This document shows positions 1 through 10,869 of a stretch of DNA of 64,000 nt, piece by piece. Made by a program: the position numbers and the translations under genes. The stretch's first letter is position 1; each line of letters opens with the position of its first letter. Location of the stretch: NCBI RefSeq assembly GCF_009914755.1, contig NC_060925.1. One strand, written 5' to 3'. Below the pieces are notes generated by a model, which saw nothing but the letters and a program-made list of their open reading frames with translations, ran no database searches and was not told where the DNA came from. This DNA is from the human T2T-CHM13v2.0 reference genome, Homo sapiens.

Positions 1-166
1 GGCAAAGGGACTCGGCCCAGGTTACAGAGCCAGTCTGTGGGAGAACCAGAAAGTATATCCAGGTTTTTTAAGACTGCAGATTTACTTCCTAACTTTTACT
101 GGTTCCAGCAGGGAGAATGAAGCAAAGACAGGGGTAGGAATGGGGAAGGACATACTAGGTCATTCA

Positions 167-442
<276 letters not shown>

Positions 443-1676
443 CTAGGGCCCCCAAACCTCCCTGGAAACCGAGGCATCTAGCAAAGGGACAGGGGGCTTG
501 CTCAGGCATGTTCTGGCAAAACACCAATTGTGCGACAACAGAGCTTGAAATTCCTAATCTCTGGGTCAGGGACAGGTCTCCCTCGATGGGTTAGAATACA
601 GTGGTGGGAGGTAGATGATGACCCCACTTGGGAGCTGGAAAACATGAGTTTCAATCTAATCCACTTGCCAACCTGGGGACTCCAGGTAGCTAGAGAGCTG
701 CTCAGGGATGCGGGACGTCCAGGGAGCAAGCTTCTATCTACTTCACACATCAGGGTTTCGAGTCAGACTTCATTGGTTACCAGGATTTTGATGCATTTAC
801 AGTTTAATAATCTCTAAGGTCCAATCTAGAACAGACTGTCCCTCAGCACAAGTCATACCTGTCCAGTCACAAATGAGGAGTCCCTCTCTAGGACCAGAGT
901 AGCAGAACCAGCTACCAGGTGGTAGGTGGGTAAAGGAAGAATAGTTATAGAGCCCCTAGGTGCCAGGCACTCTGTCGGGCATTTTGGCAGGAATTATCTC
1001 CTTCGGTACCCAGATGCCTGGAAGGTAGATGGTGCACTTTCCATTTTGACAAACCAGGAAACTAAGGCTCAGTGAGGTTAACACAGATTCAGAGCTGTGG
1101 CTTATAAGGGGCAGGGACAGCACCCAAAGCAGGACTGTGTGACTCAAAGTCGTGCCTCTTCGACATGTCACCTCAGGGGCAGGAGGGAGAGCAGAAGCAG
1201 GGAAACCCAGACAGAGGACAGGGGTAGCAGCCAGCCAGCTTCCCTGGTCCACCCCACCCGGTCCCCAAAGCCCCAAGTAATACAAAGGAGGCTCAGTCCC
1301 AGCAATGCCCACAGCTCGAGTTTGGGCAGGCTGCCTTCCTCCCCCCTTCCTCCTAGGCCTGCCAGCAACACTGGGTCACTCAGCCCCCGGCAGGGGACAA
1401 TGACCACACTGTAGGGAGCCACACATCTACCACAGCACAGTGACTGAGAAGAATCCACCAGGGAATCACCTCCACCCACTCTGGAACAGCCCCTTCCTCC
1501 CTCAGTCCAGCTCACCCGCATGCCCTGCCCACCCCTCCCTGTGACTCAGGGCAAGGAGTCAGCTTCCCGGGCTTCCATGTGTCCCCCACCCCCAGCACAC
1601 ACAGCGAGCATCTGCACAGTTCATCACACCTTCGCAGCTTCCCTCACTTCCTCCTTCCCTGGGGAGGGGAACTGAC

Positions 1677-1745
1677 CTCCAGCCGGCTGAAGTTCCCAGG
1701 CTGCAGGAAGAGAGGGCGGGCTCTGGAGCTGAGATGAAGTCAAGG
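1677..1745 (-). other. RHOC: RHOC 5'UTR exon (69 nt)
   Basis: Pyrimidine-rich acceptor cccttcccaacag| and donor GAG|gtcagt; matches my recollection of the RHOC leader. Confidence 0.8.
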
Positions 1746-2986
1746 CTGTTGGGAAGGGGGAGGGGGCTAGAGTCTGGGCTGGGAGGAGCCCCAAAAGAAG
1801 AGACAAATGAGGGCCAGTCCCAGCACCAACCAGGCAGGGAGCAGTTAAGAAAGCGACGGTAACCTGATCTCAGCCTCAAACCTAGCTTTTTCTCTCAGTC
1901 CCACATCCTGTCAAACTGGGCTGACTGAACGCCTCTACTCCCCACACCCCACCACCACCTCACACTGCCCTTTAGGAAGCGAATACTCCAGCCCCAGGCC
2001 TCTTCCCTTCAACATAGATCCTGAGTGGCCCTTCCCTTGCCTCCAGACACATTCACAAAACTGTTGGTTTTGTGGACATGAGTCAGAGAATTTACAGGAG
2101 TTCAAAGTACACAGCCACACTCTTCCCACCACAAAACGGACTCTCTCTGATTCCCCAGAAGACAAGCAAGAAGGCATTCACCCTGTCGGCAGATCGCCTC
2201 CAGAAATGGAAACCATCCTCCAAAAAGAGGGTTCCTTGGGAATTCTATCCCGGTGACTGACGCTGGGATTTCTTCCAACTCCTCCACCCACTCCATTAGT
2301 TCACCTTGCCCTGTTTTGTGAAGATGGGCTGGGGTAGCCCCAACCTGGGGTGGGCAGTGTTGATGGAGGGCAATCACTACTGGGGTGAAAGCCAGTCACT
2401 TAGGCATGAGTATGCCACTGCTGTCCCCCCAGCAGGGTAATTCAGACGGCACCAGAGTGGTGGGAGGCAGAGGACAGAAACCCGGGGTTGAGGCATGCGT
2501 TAAGGGACCTGGAGCCTCCAGCCCAATTAGAAGACTTTCCCTCCAGGCTATGATTGGGCCAGAACAGCAGGCAGCCCAGGCCAGGACACTAGGCCCAAGG
2601 CCAAGATGGCATGGACAACTCCCTGTGAGAGGCAGCCCCAGAGGGACTGTCCCACTGACCCCTTAAGAGGGGCAACTGAGCCCCACACAGGGCCTGGAAT
2701 GGAGCCTGGAACTTCTGGGGCCTTCCCCAAGACAAGACAGTGTGGCTACATCAGACCTCTCTCCAATCGCTCTCTTGAATTCCCAGATGATCCAGAGCGG
2801 CCGGTTGACTTTGCCGGCCCACCCTACACCTAGGGAAGGAATCCGTTCTGGAGATACCAAGAGATACTGCATTCTCAACTTTAAAACCAGAGTGAGGGCG
2901 GGACTCGGCCTCGGGATCCCAGTCCCAAACCCCAGGATACTCTTTCTTGGTTCGAGTATGAAGAAGGAGGATTCTCAATCTCATTT

Positions 2987-3007
2987 TCTCTCTCTCTCTC
3001 TCTCTCT

Positions 3008-3087
<80 letters not shown>
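2987..3087. repeat. Compound microsatellite (TC)n(CA)n in RHOC intron 1
   Basis: Directly visible; one cc interruption near 3041. Confidence 0.97.
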
Positions 3088-3091
<4 letters not shown>

Positions 3092-3129
3092 TGGATCCTT
3101 CCCCATCTCCCTTATCCTCAACACAAGCG

Positions 3130-4130
3130 GGCTCCAGGAACCGTCCAGGGCGGCGTCCAGACCCTGCCGAGCAGTGGCAGGCCCCAATGGTCACATCCCG
3201 CCCCTATTCCCGCCATACCTCCCTCCTGGCCTGGAGGAATTCCCACCCCATCCCACTCTAGGTCCCCTGCGGCCGCCCACCCTGGGGGCTGGGGCGTCTG
3301 AGTTGAAGTTCCCTCGCCCCTCGCCCGGCGGGGCAGGTTCCGGGAAGCTGGGAGGAGAAGGGAAGGGGCTCCGACTCGGACCTCAGGAGGCCAGAGCCCC
3401 TGCCGGCAGGTCCGGGCCCCCTCGCTGCAGCCCGGGGAGGGGCCGACGCGGTCCGACCACCGCCCAGCCCGGATGCCGACTCCGCTTGGAGGGAACGGGG
3501 TCCACGCCCAGGCCGAAGCCCCTCCTCGCACGGGCCCCGATCTCCGGGCCAGCGAGGAAGGGAAAGTGCTCTCCTGGGGACGAGTTCCCAAGACGCCCCA
3601 CCGCCCGCAGCCCCGGCCCAGGGTACCTTCCGCTCCGCCGCCTCCAGCTGCGCGGCCGGTGCCGGAGGCTCAGACTGACCCCAGGGCCCCGCCCCGCCCT
3701 CCTCCAGCGCCGCGGCGGGGAGGGCGGGCCCGGCAGGGGGAGGGTCGGCCGGGGGCGGCCCTTGGCTCGGCCCGCCCCGGCCCCGCGCAGGGCCGCAGCC
3801 ACCGGCCCCCTCCGCAGGCCGGGGACTGGGGGCCAGGGGCGTCCACCCCTCCAGGTCGGGGAGAGCCACGGGGAGATTCCTGGACTGCGGAGGAGCCGGG
3901 CGAGCGGGGGGAGCACGACCCGGGTGGACTCAGACTCTGCCCAGCCTTCAATCCCCTAGGGGAGGACCGGCGTCGGGAAAGTTAAGAGGTGCTCGGGGTG
4001 GGGTCAGGAAGGGCCGCTGCTGCCCTCCTGTGGCCAAGCGGCCACCCGCTCCTGCTGCACCTGGGACCTCGCGGGAAGCGGGACTGGGAAAGGGTATCCG
4101 CCGGGAGGTCCCAGGGCCCGGCGCGGGTGT
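3130..4130. promoter_or_regulatory. CpG island / TATA-less RHOC promoter
   Basis: Very high GC and CpG density, multiple GGGCGG/CCGCCC boxes at 3686-3790. Confidence 0.88.
3627..3690 (-). other. RHOC: RHOC first (non-coding) exon; 5' end approximate
   Basis: Donor AAG|gtaccc at 3627/3626 inside a CpG island with GC boxes just upstream. Confidence 0.7.
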
Positions 4131-5292
4131 GTTGGTTGGGGGGAGATGTCCACCCTCTTGTTCCTAGGATCGTACAGCCCAACGTCATCCCCCAAACTTG
4201 AAGACCTCTCAGAGCCGTTCAGACCCAGACCACCGTTCCTCCTCACAATTCGCTTTCTTCCCTGGGCCTGGAATTTCCAGGAGTCCAATTCCTACCTACT
4301 CCTCAAAGGGTGCGCCTAGAAATGCTTCCGGATCCCAGCTGTGAATTCTGTTCCCACTCCTAGGTCTGACTTGGCGCATAGGATATTTACCTACACGCGT
4401 ATCTCCTTTCCCTGTAAGGGAGCTGAGGAGGTGGGAGTAGAATGAGGACGTCCACCAACATTTCATTGGCTTGTGCTTGGGACACTACACAGCTTAACCC
4501 TTTCAATATTCATCACAGATCTCTGGGGAAAATATACCCATCCCCTTTTGCCCATAGAGAAGCTGAGGTTCAGAGAAATCAAGTGGCTTACACAACTGTT
4601 TTTGACTTGTGACAGCAAGAATTCACACAGCCGGGCCTGTCTGGCTCCAAACTGGTGGTCTGGCCCTGCTACCTCACGGGCTCCTCCAGCCTGTCCCTTC
4701 CCCCGTTGTCTAGCAGAGTGAGTGGCACATAATAGGTTGTCAACAAATATTTGATGAATGAATGAATGTTAGGAGTCATACAGACTTTAAATATCTGAAG
4801 TGCAATCCAGACATCTGACAAATGTGAAAACAGGTCCGCAGCAGTTTGGCCCCAGGCCTCTTAACTGACTCAATGAACATTTCTCGAGGGTGAACTGAGA
4901 GCTATGTTCGGAAGATCCATTTCTGCCTTCAAACAACTTAGAGTCTAAATGAGGAATGCAATTTCAAGATAGCTAACATTTATTGAATCCATATTACATG
5001 GACCTGGGTCCACATACATTAACTACAAGAATCCCATGAGGTAGCTATCTCCATTTTACTGAGAAGCAAATTGAGGTTCAGAGAGGTTACAGAGCTAGTG
5101 CTGGGTCTGACACTAGAACCCAAACAGCTGAACTCTAGAGCCCCTGTTCTTAATTCCTACTCCCTACTGACTCCTAATGTAGACAGTTACAATACCGGAG
5201 GTCATTGCTGTAGTGTGGGCATGTGTGGGCTGTGCGATACCCAGTCCTGAACAACAGGTGAAGTTCTCAAGATAAGGTGATGTGTAGATTTT

Positions 5293-5837
5293 TTTAATTT
5301 TAATTTTTTTTTGAGACAAGGTCTCTGTTGCCTAAGTGTGCAGTGGCAAGATCTCAGCTCACTGCAGCCTCAACTTTCCAGGCTCCAATGATTTTCCCAC
5401 TTCAGCTTCCCCAGCAGCTGAGACTACAGGCGTGTACCATCACACCTAATTTTTGTATTTTTTGTACAGATGAGGTCTTGCTATATTGCCCAGGCTGGTG
5501 AGGGGCCTTTTCTAATTATTTTGCTCATCTTTATTTTTGCTTCCCTTAACTTACTTTGGGTTTAATTTGCTGTTCTTTTTCTAGCCTCTTAAGGTGGAAA
5601 CAGATCACTGATTTGAGATCTTTATTCTTTTCTACTATAAGCAATACTCTTAATTTCCTTGGATGCTTAACTGCTTCCCACAGGCACTCACCACTACATT
5701 CAGCTAATTTTTTATTTTTTTGTAGAGATGGGGTCTCACTATTGCCCAGGGTGGTCTTAAACTCCTGGGCTTAGCAGTCCTCTCACCTCTGCCTCCCAAA
5801 GTGTTGGGATTACAGGCGTGAACCACCGTGTCCAGCA
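5293..5837 (-). mobile_element. AluJ-type element carrying an internal ~185-bp non-Alu insert
   Basis: Alu homology on both sides of 5500-5683; GTAGATTTT direct repeat at 5284-5292 and 5838-5846. Confidence 0.8.
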
Positions 5838-5879
5838 GTAGATTTTGAATAAGTTGGAGCTACTAAAAGCCCACAGTTA

Positions 5880-6470
5880 TGCAAACCCCAGGAAGTTGGT
5901 GGTGGTGGTAAAAAATGAAGCTGGAGAAGGAAGCAGTGGCTGGATCATGAAGGTCCTTATATGCCATGCACAGGAGTTGAGTGTTGATTTTGTTCTAGGC
6001 GCAATAAGGAGCCACTAAATTTAGGAGGCCAATATAGTAAAAGGTGGTGGTGACTGAAGGCGGGGAGAGATGGAGATAAGTAGAGAAATACTTTTAAAGG
6101 TCTATAGTCAACAATACTTAGTGATCAATTACCTTGATGAGAAAGAAATGAAAGCCAAGGGTGACCAACTCCAAGATTTCTAACTGGAGCAGCAGAGCTG
6201 GTGCCCATTGAGGGGATATACCAGGAGAAGGAACATGCTATGGAGGGCAGTCGTGAATTTAGTTTGAGGTATTTGAATTGAAGTGCCAGCAGGCTATCCA
6301 GGAGACATTCGGGAGATGACTGGTATGTGTGGGTCTAAAGCTCAGGAAGGGTCTGGGCAGATGGGTGAGGCCACAGAAGTGGATGATGACACTCACAGCA
6401 AATGCGTGGAGTGGAAAGAGTGGGGGTGGAATAAAGAACCTGGGGGACACCACATTTCTAGAACTGTTCT
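5880..6470 (-). mobile_element. Degraded L2-like fragment
   Basis: Resembles antisense L2 (tttagtttgaggtatttgaattgaagtgcc...aaagctcaggaagggtctgggc); by eye only. Confidence 0.5.
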
Positions 6471-6559
6471 GGTGCTCTTTCCACCACCCCACAGAGCTTT
6501 CTTCTTATCTTTCAGTTTCTAGTCAAAGCAAATACAGACACACACCTTTATCCATCTCG

Positions 6560-6565
6560 TTTATT
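6560..6565 (-). terminator. PPM1J: PPM1J polyadenylation signal AATAAA
   Basis: tttatt on plus strand, ~150 nt past the stop codon. Confidence 0.8.
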
Positions 6566-6711
6566 TGCCAATAGCTGTAATTTTGGATATAGCGGACATC
6601 CCTTCTTCAGTTAAGTTGCCACTAAAGAAGGGTCAGGGAGACAACTTCAGAATTTGGGCTGTGAGAGGAGTAAGTATGGAGAGGCTAGTGGGAGGGATGG
6701 TGTTCAGCCCC

Positions 6712-6859
6712 TCAGGAGTAACTGCCTGGCCCTCCCAGGGGGATGACGAAGACAGAGATGTCATCCCCGGAACCCAGCTTGTTGTTGGGGAGACGCCAGC
6801 CACGGTCTCGGGGGGTACCCCGGGCCCCCAGGACCAGAGCTTGGGCCAGAGCTGTATAC
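6712..6859 (-). CDS. PPM1J: PPM1J exon 10 (last coding exon)
   Basis: cag|G TAT ACA GCT...KLGSGDDISVFVIPLGGPGSYS*; C-terminal PP2C Asp motif; TGA at 6714-6712. Confidence 0.95.
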
Positions 6860-7008
6860 CTGCCAGGAGCACACATGCACATTCATGTACCAACATGTAT
6901 GTGGGAAGACAGATACACAGGCCCACATGTGGGGTCCCAAGCATTGCTTCCCTTTGACCCTTCTTTCACCAATGCCATCCCCTTACCACCATGCCATGCA
7001 GCCCCTAC

Positions 7009-7160
7009 CTGCTGTGGTCATTAGGCTCATAGGCCGACAGCACCCTGTCCACAGTGGCAGCTACCTCACAGTCAGTAGTGACATCCCACAGGCCATCTGT
7101 TCCCAGGACTAGCACATCATCTGGGCAGTGCTCATATTGTGTCAGGTCATACACTCGTAC
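7009..7160 (-). CDS. PPM1J: PPM1J exon 9
   Basis: VRVYDLTQ...VLGTDGLWDV (PP2C DGxWD motif); AG/GT boundaries, ends in phase 2. Confidence 0.96.
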
Positions 7161-7292
7161 CTGGTGGGAGAAAAGGGCAGAGAGGATTGAGGTGTGGGGT
7201 TTGCTGGACAGGGAGCTTGGAGATAAAGGGACTGCAGATGAAAGCTGGCCTGAGACTCCCAGAGAAGGCAAGGTGTGGTTTAAGGGGCTCAC

Positions 7293-7400
7293 CTCAGGGA
7301 AGCAGGAGAGAAAGGGCTTGATGGGCAGGGTGGAACTGCAGACCTTAAGGCTGTGGTCTCCCAAGCCTCGGGTCACCCCAATGGTGGCCATCACCCGAGC
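7293..7400 (-). CDS. PPM1J: PPM1J exon 8
   Basis: ARVMATIGVTRGLGDH...PFLSCFPE; tttcag| and |gtgagc. Confidence 0.96.
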
Positions 7401-7556
7401 CTGAAAGAAATGAGGAGGGAGTGCCACTGTAGTCCTCTGCTAGATTCTCTGAAACCAAAGATCCCTTCCACCCCTACCCTCAGGTAGAACCTCCACCTCC
7501 CTAGACAAGTTGTGATAGGTCCTCCTCCCCTCTCCCACCTCTACCATGGAGTTTAC

Positions 7557-7620
7557 CTTTTTGCCCTCCCCACAGACCAGAGGAAACCTGAGATCCTCCA
7601 GCTCGATCTTTTTGTAGGCC
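7557..7620 (-). CDS. PPM1J: PPM1J exon 7
   Basis: AYKKIELEDLRFPLVCGEGKK; phases 2/0 fit the neighbours. Confidence 0.93.
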
Positions 7621-7814
7621 CTGGGGAGGGGGGAGTAGAGGAGGCATCACCCAGGCATCAAAGCCCCTCTCCCCTAGGAGCTGCATACCCTCACACAAAC
7701 CCCTTAGAAGGGCCACATCCTCCCAACTCCCAGCCTCCAGCTTCCACCTTGCTGCGGGCGAGGGACTGGTTGTGTTGCCATGGGAACGGGCCCCAGCTCT
7801 GAGGGAAGTGTTAC

Positions 7815-7933
7815 CAGCCGGTCATGTTCTGGTCCCGGTACAACATCCTCTGCCCCAGCTCCTTGGGCAGAACTCTGCGGGGGAACTCAAGGTGGGTGAA
7901 TTCACTGCCTAGCAGCTCTGGTTTCAGGAAGCC
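7815..7933 (-). CDS. PPM1J: PPM1J exon 6
   Basis: GFLKPELLGSEFTHLEFPRR...YRDQNMTGW; ctccag| and |gtaaca. Confidence 0.93.
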
Positions 7934-8519
7934 CTGGAGTTGGGGATGATCAGAACAGAGAGCCAGGGGGCATTATGCTCACAGCACACGGTGGCACACA
8001 GATGACGTTGACTACAGCAGACCCTTAAACAGAGTTTACCATGTGCCACACATTATTCTAATATTAGCAAATATTAACTCATTTACTCCTCACAACAGCC
8101 CTTAAGGCAGGAACTATTGATGCACAGAGAGGTTAAGGGAGGGAACTGCTCCGGTCACACAATTAGCAAAGCACTCAGACCAGGATGCATCCCGGGCTTC
8201 CAGCTCCACAGCCACATGCGTTTAGGCACTAAGCCGGACTGCCTTTCAGGGGCCTTTGCTGTTTCCTTCCCCCACCTCAGTCTCTACTTCCTGCCTCAGC
8301 TGGGGCCACAGTGGGAGCACTGGACCAGCCCAGTGCTGCAGCCTCCCTGCTGCAACCTCCCACCGGCTCAGCCCCGCACTCCATAGTCCACACAGCGGCC
8401 TTCCCAGTAAGGTGCTTTCTGTGCCTGTGGTGGGGGTGTGAGAGTTCTCAGGGCCATGGGGTGCAGGGAGGCACAAGACCCGACAAAGAATGGGGGTAGG
8501 GAATTTGGTTCCTACTTAC

Positions 8520-8604
8520 AAGCAGCTGAAGACGCTGGCGCTCAGTCTCCGGGGTAAACTCCCGGGACATTGGAATGATTTCACCATTCCGGACAATGAT
8601 GGCC
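8520..8604 (-). CDS. PPM1J: PPM1J exon 5
   Basis: AIIVRNGEIIPMSREFTPETERQRLQLL; |gtaagt donor. Confidence 0.95.
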
Positions 8605-8893
8605 CTGCCCAAAGAAAGAAAAGGAATTGGGACCTGGTTCTCTTCAGACCCACTCATGAAAAATTCCAGAAAGACCAGGCCCTCTCCATAATGACCTTTC
8701 AGATCTCTTACCCAGACCCCCATATCTGCCCCTGACCCCACCCAATGGATATTTCAGGCCACTCCTTATGTCTGTCACCCCTCTTGACTCCCTCCAATCT
8801 TGATTTTTAACCCCTGCCACCTTACTCTCCTGTATTCCCCCAACTCAGAGAGTGTGGCCCTCTGTCGCCACCTTGGAGCCCCCTCCCCCATAC

Positions 8894-9006
8894 CTGCTAT
8901 CGCCTGCATTGGCCACGTACACCTTGCCTAGCAGGTAGATCACAACCAGTGCACAGCAGCCCCCCTCCACTTGGTGGCCACGCCGCTCCCGGGCCATCTG
9001 CTCATC
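8894..9006 (-). CDS. PPM1J: PPM1J exon 4
   Basis: DEQMARE...GGCCALVV...YVANAGDSR (PP2C NxGDSR motif). Confidence 0.95.
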
Positions 9007-9292
9007 CTGCCACATAAGGAAGGGTCAGAGGTGGGTAGAAGGAGAGGTTCCAGCACACAGTCACCCTCCCCCTACCCCCTCCACCCGTAGAAATCAACTG
9101 GCCCAGCCAGGCTACACTGGAAGACAGGAGGGAAGACTTGGGTGTAACTGCCCCTTCTCCCTCCCCTCTGAACCAAGCTCTGCTCAGGCTCTCAAAGGTG
9201 TTGTGGGTTCTCAGGGTAACCCCCTCTGGCTTCCACACAGAGTTGGCCAGAGTGGTTGCCTAGCAGGCTCTTGGCCCAGGTCACCCACTCAC

Positions 9293-9580
9293 CATGAGCT
9301 GGAAGGCATTCTCAATGGCCCCCACTACCAGGCTCTCGTGGCTCACTTCCTTCTGTGAAGACCAGCAGGACTGAGGGCCAAGCAAGTGAGAGGGATCGGA
9401 GGAATCTGGGGTCCCCGGAGTGGTTGGGAGGCAGAGGGGTGGTGGCGAAGGGTCCTGAAGTATCTCTACCAGGTCCTTTAGCTGCTCTCGGATATGGCGA
9501 TGCAGGAGCCGTGAGGCCATTTCAGCAGCTCCGCCCCCTGCATGCCCATCAAATAGGCCCCAGTAGTAGAAGCAGAGTCC
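9293..9580 (-). CDS. PPM1J: PPM1J exon 3
   Basis: GLCFYYWGLFDGHAG (PP2C DGH motif)...ENAFQLM; 288 nt, phase 0/0. Confidence 0.96.
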
Positions 9581-9609
9581 CTGGTGGAGGAAAAGTTGGA
9601 GGTGAGTTT

Positions 9610-9613
<4 letters not shown>

Positions 9614-9648
<35 letters not shown>
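9614..9648. repeat. (TG)17 microsatellite, read as (CA)17 in PPM1J intron 2
   Basis: Directly visible. Confidence 0.97.
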
Positions 9649-9651
<3 letters not shown>

Positions 9652-10047
9652 GCAAGGTGAATAACAAGACTCTGGGCATCCATACAAACATCTGAGAGGT
9701 CAGTGTTTGCTACTGAAGGCAAATTAGGTTTATTCACATAAGGCTTCGTATGTGTCAAGAGAAAGGAAAGGCTCAAAAACCCAAACTCAGAGGATAACAG
9801 ATCCAAAACTCAGCACTGGCAATTAAATCATCCATAAATATGTGAGCCTCTACATTTTAGGTGGGAAAGTAACATTCATGCTTACATGGTAGAATCTAAC
9901 TGATGAATACCAGGTAAAGGTTCTGTGCCAGAAGGTAGATAGCCAGTGAGTTCATCAGGTCTTCCGCATGGCTCAGATTTAAAACCAGAGGCCTGAGTCC
10001 CTGGGGAGAGGTGTCACTGTGTCTCTGGGAAAGGGGATGGGTCTTAC

Positions 10048-10162
10048 CTGGCCTCGGCTAGGCTCCCTAGGTACTCCTGTAACACTCCTCCGACCTTCCA
10101 CATACACCACTTCACAGCAAGCCTGGTCCTCATTGTGCCGACTCTTGCCAGCATTGATGACC
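10048..10162 (-). CDS. PPM1J: PPM1J exon 2
   Basis: VINAGKSRHNEDQACC (PP2C motif 1); |gtaaga donor. Confidence 0.96.
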
Positions 10163-10869
10163 CTGCCAGGCCAGAATGACCACATCAGGTTGGACACCAG
10201 ACCAGGTCCTGGAATAACCCCCACCTTAGACACACACCGTCTCCTGCGCCCGCTGGCCAAGCTGAGAAAGGTCACAGCCACCTGGGATCCAGGCCAGAGG
10301 GAGGAGGAGAAGGGAGGGCTGGCAAGGTGTAAGGAGTACTGTTTGGGTGGCCAGCCCTACCACTTCACAGAAAGGCCAGCAGGAGCTTCTGGCCAACCGC
10401 TATGTCCCCTGCCTGCCTCACTTCCCCCATCCCTGGCAAAAAAAAAAGAAAAAAGAAAAAGGCATTCCTAGTGGTGCTTCTGGGGGAGGGGCTAGTTGGT
10501 AGCAGAAGTTTTACTTCCCTGCTAGCTAGACCCTACATCCCACCCTCAACCACTATCAACTCTCCCAGTGCCTTGTCCCCAGCACCTCATCCTCATGGGC
10601 ACACCCACCCTTATCCTAAAACCATCCAGCGAAAGTTTCTGCTGCCTTAACAATGAGGAAGCTCTCCAGCCCAGATCGGGAAAGAGGAACTGAAATAGAG
10701 TAGAAGTGAAAGCCCACCTGGACTGGGCAGGAGCCACATACCCATAAACTCCTCCCACACAGGAGGCTAAGGGAGGTGGTGGTGGGTCCATGGGCCACCA
10801 GCCACCTTCCTCAGCGAACTGAGCGCCCCCATCTCCCTCGGTGCTCTGCGTTCCCGGCAGATGCATTTA

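Noticed and set aside
2742-3959. 405-aa plus-strand ORF antisense to RHOC
   Set aside because: Non-ATG start; runs through a (CA)n repeat and a CpG island where stops are rare; low-complexity P/G/R product with no recognisable domain.
6860-7008. Short PPM1J intron 9 with palindromes (cccacatgtggg) as a possible mirtron
   Set aside because: Only short local palindromes; no long hairpin anchored at the splice sites is evident.
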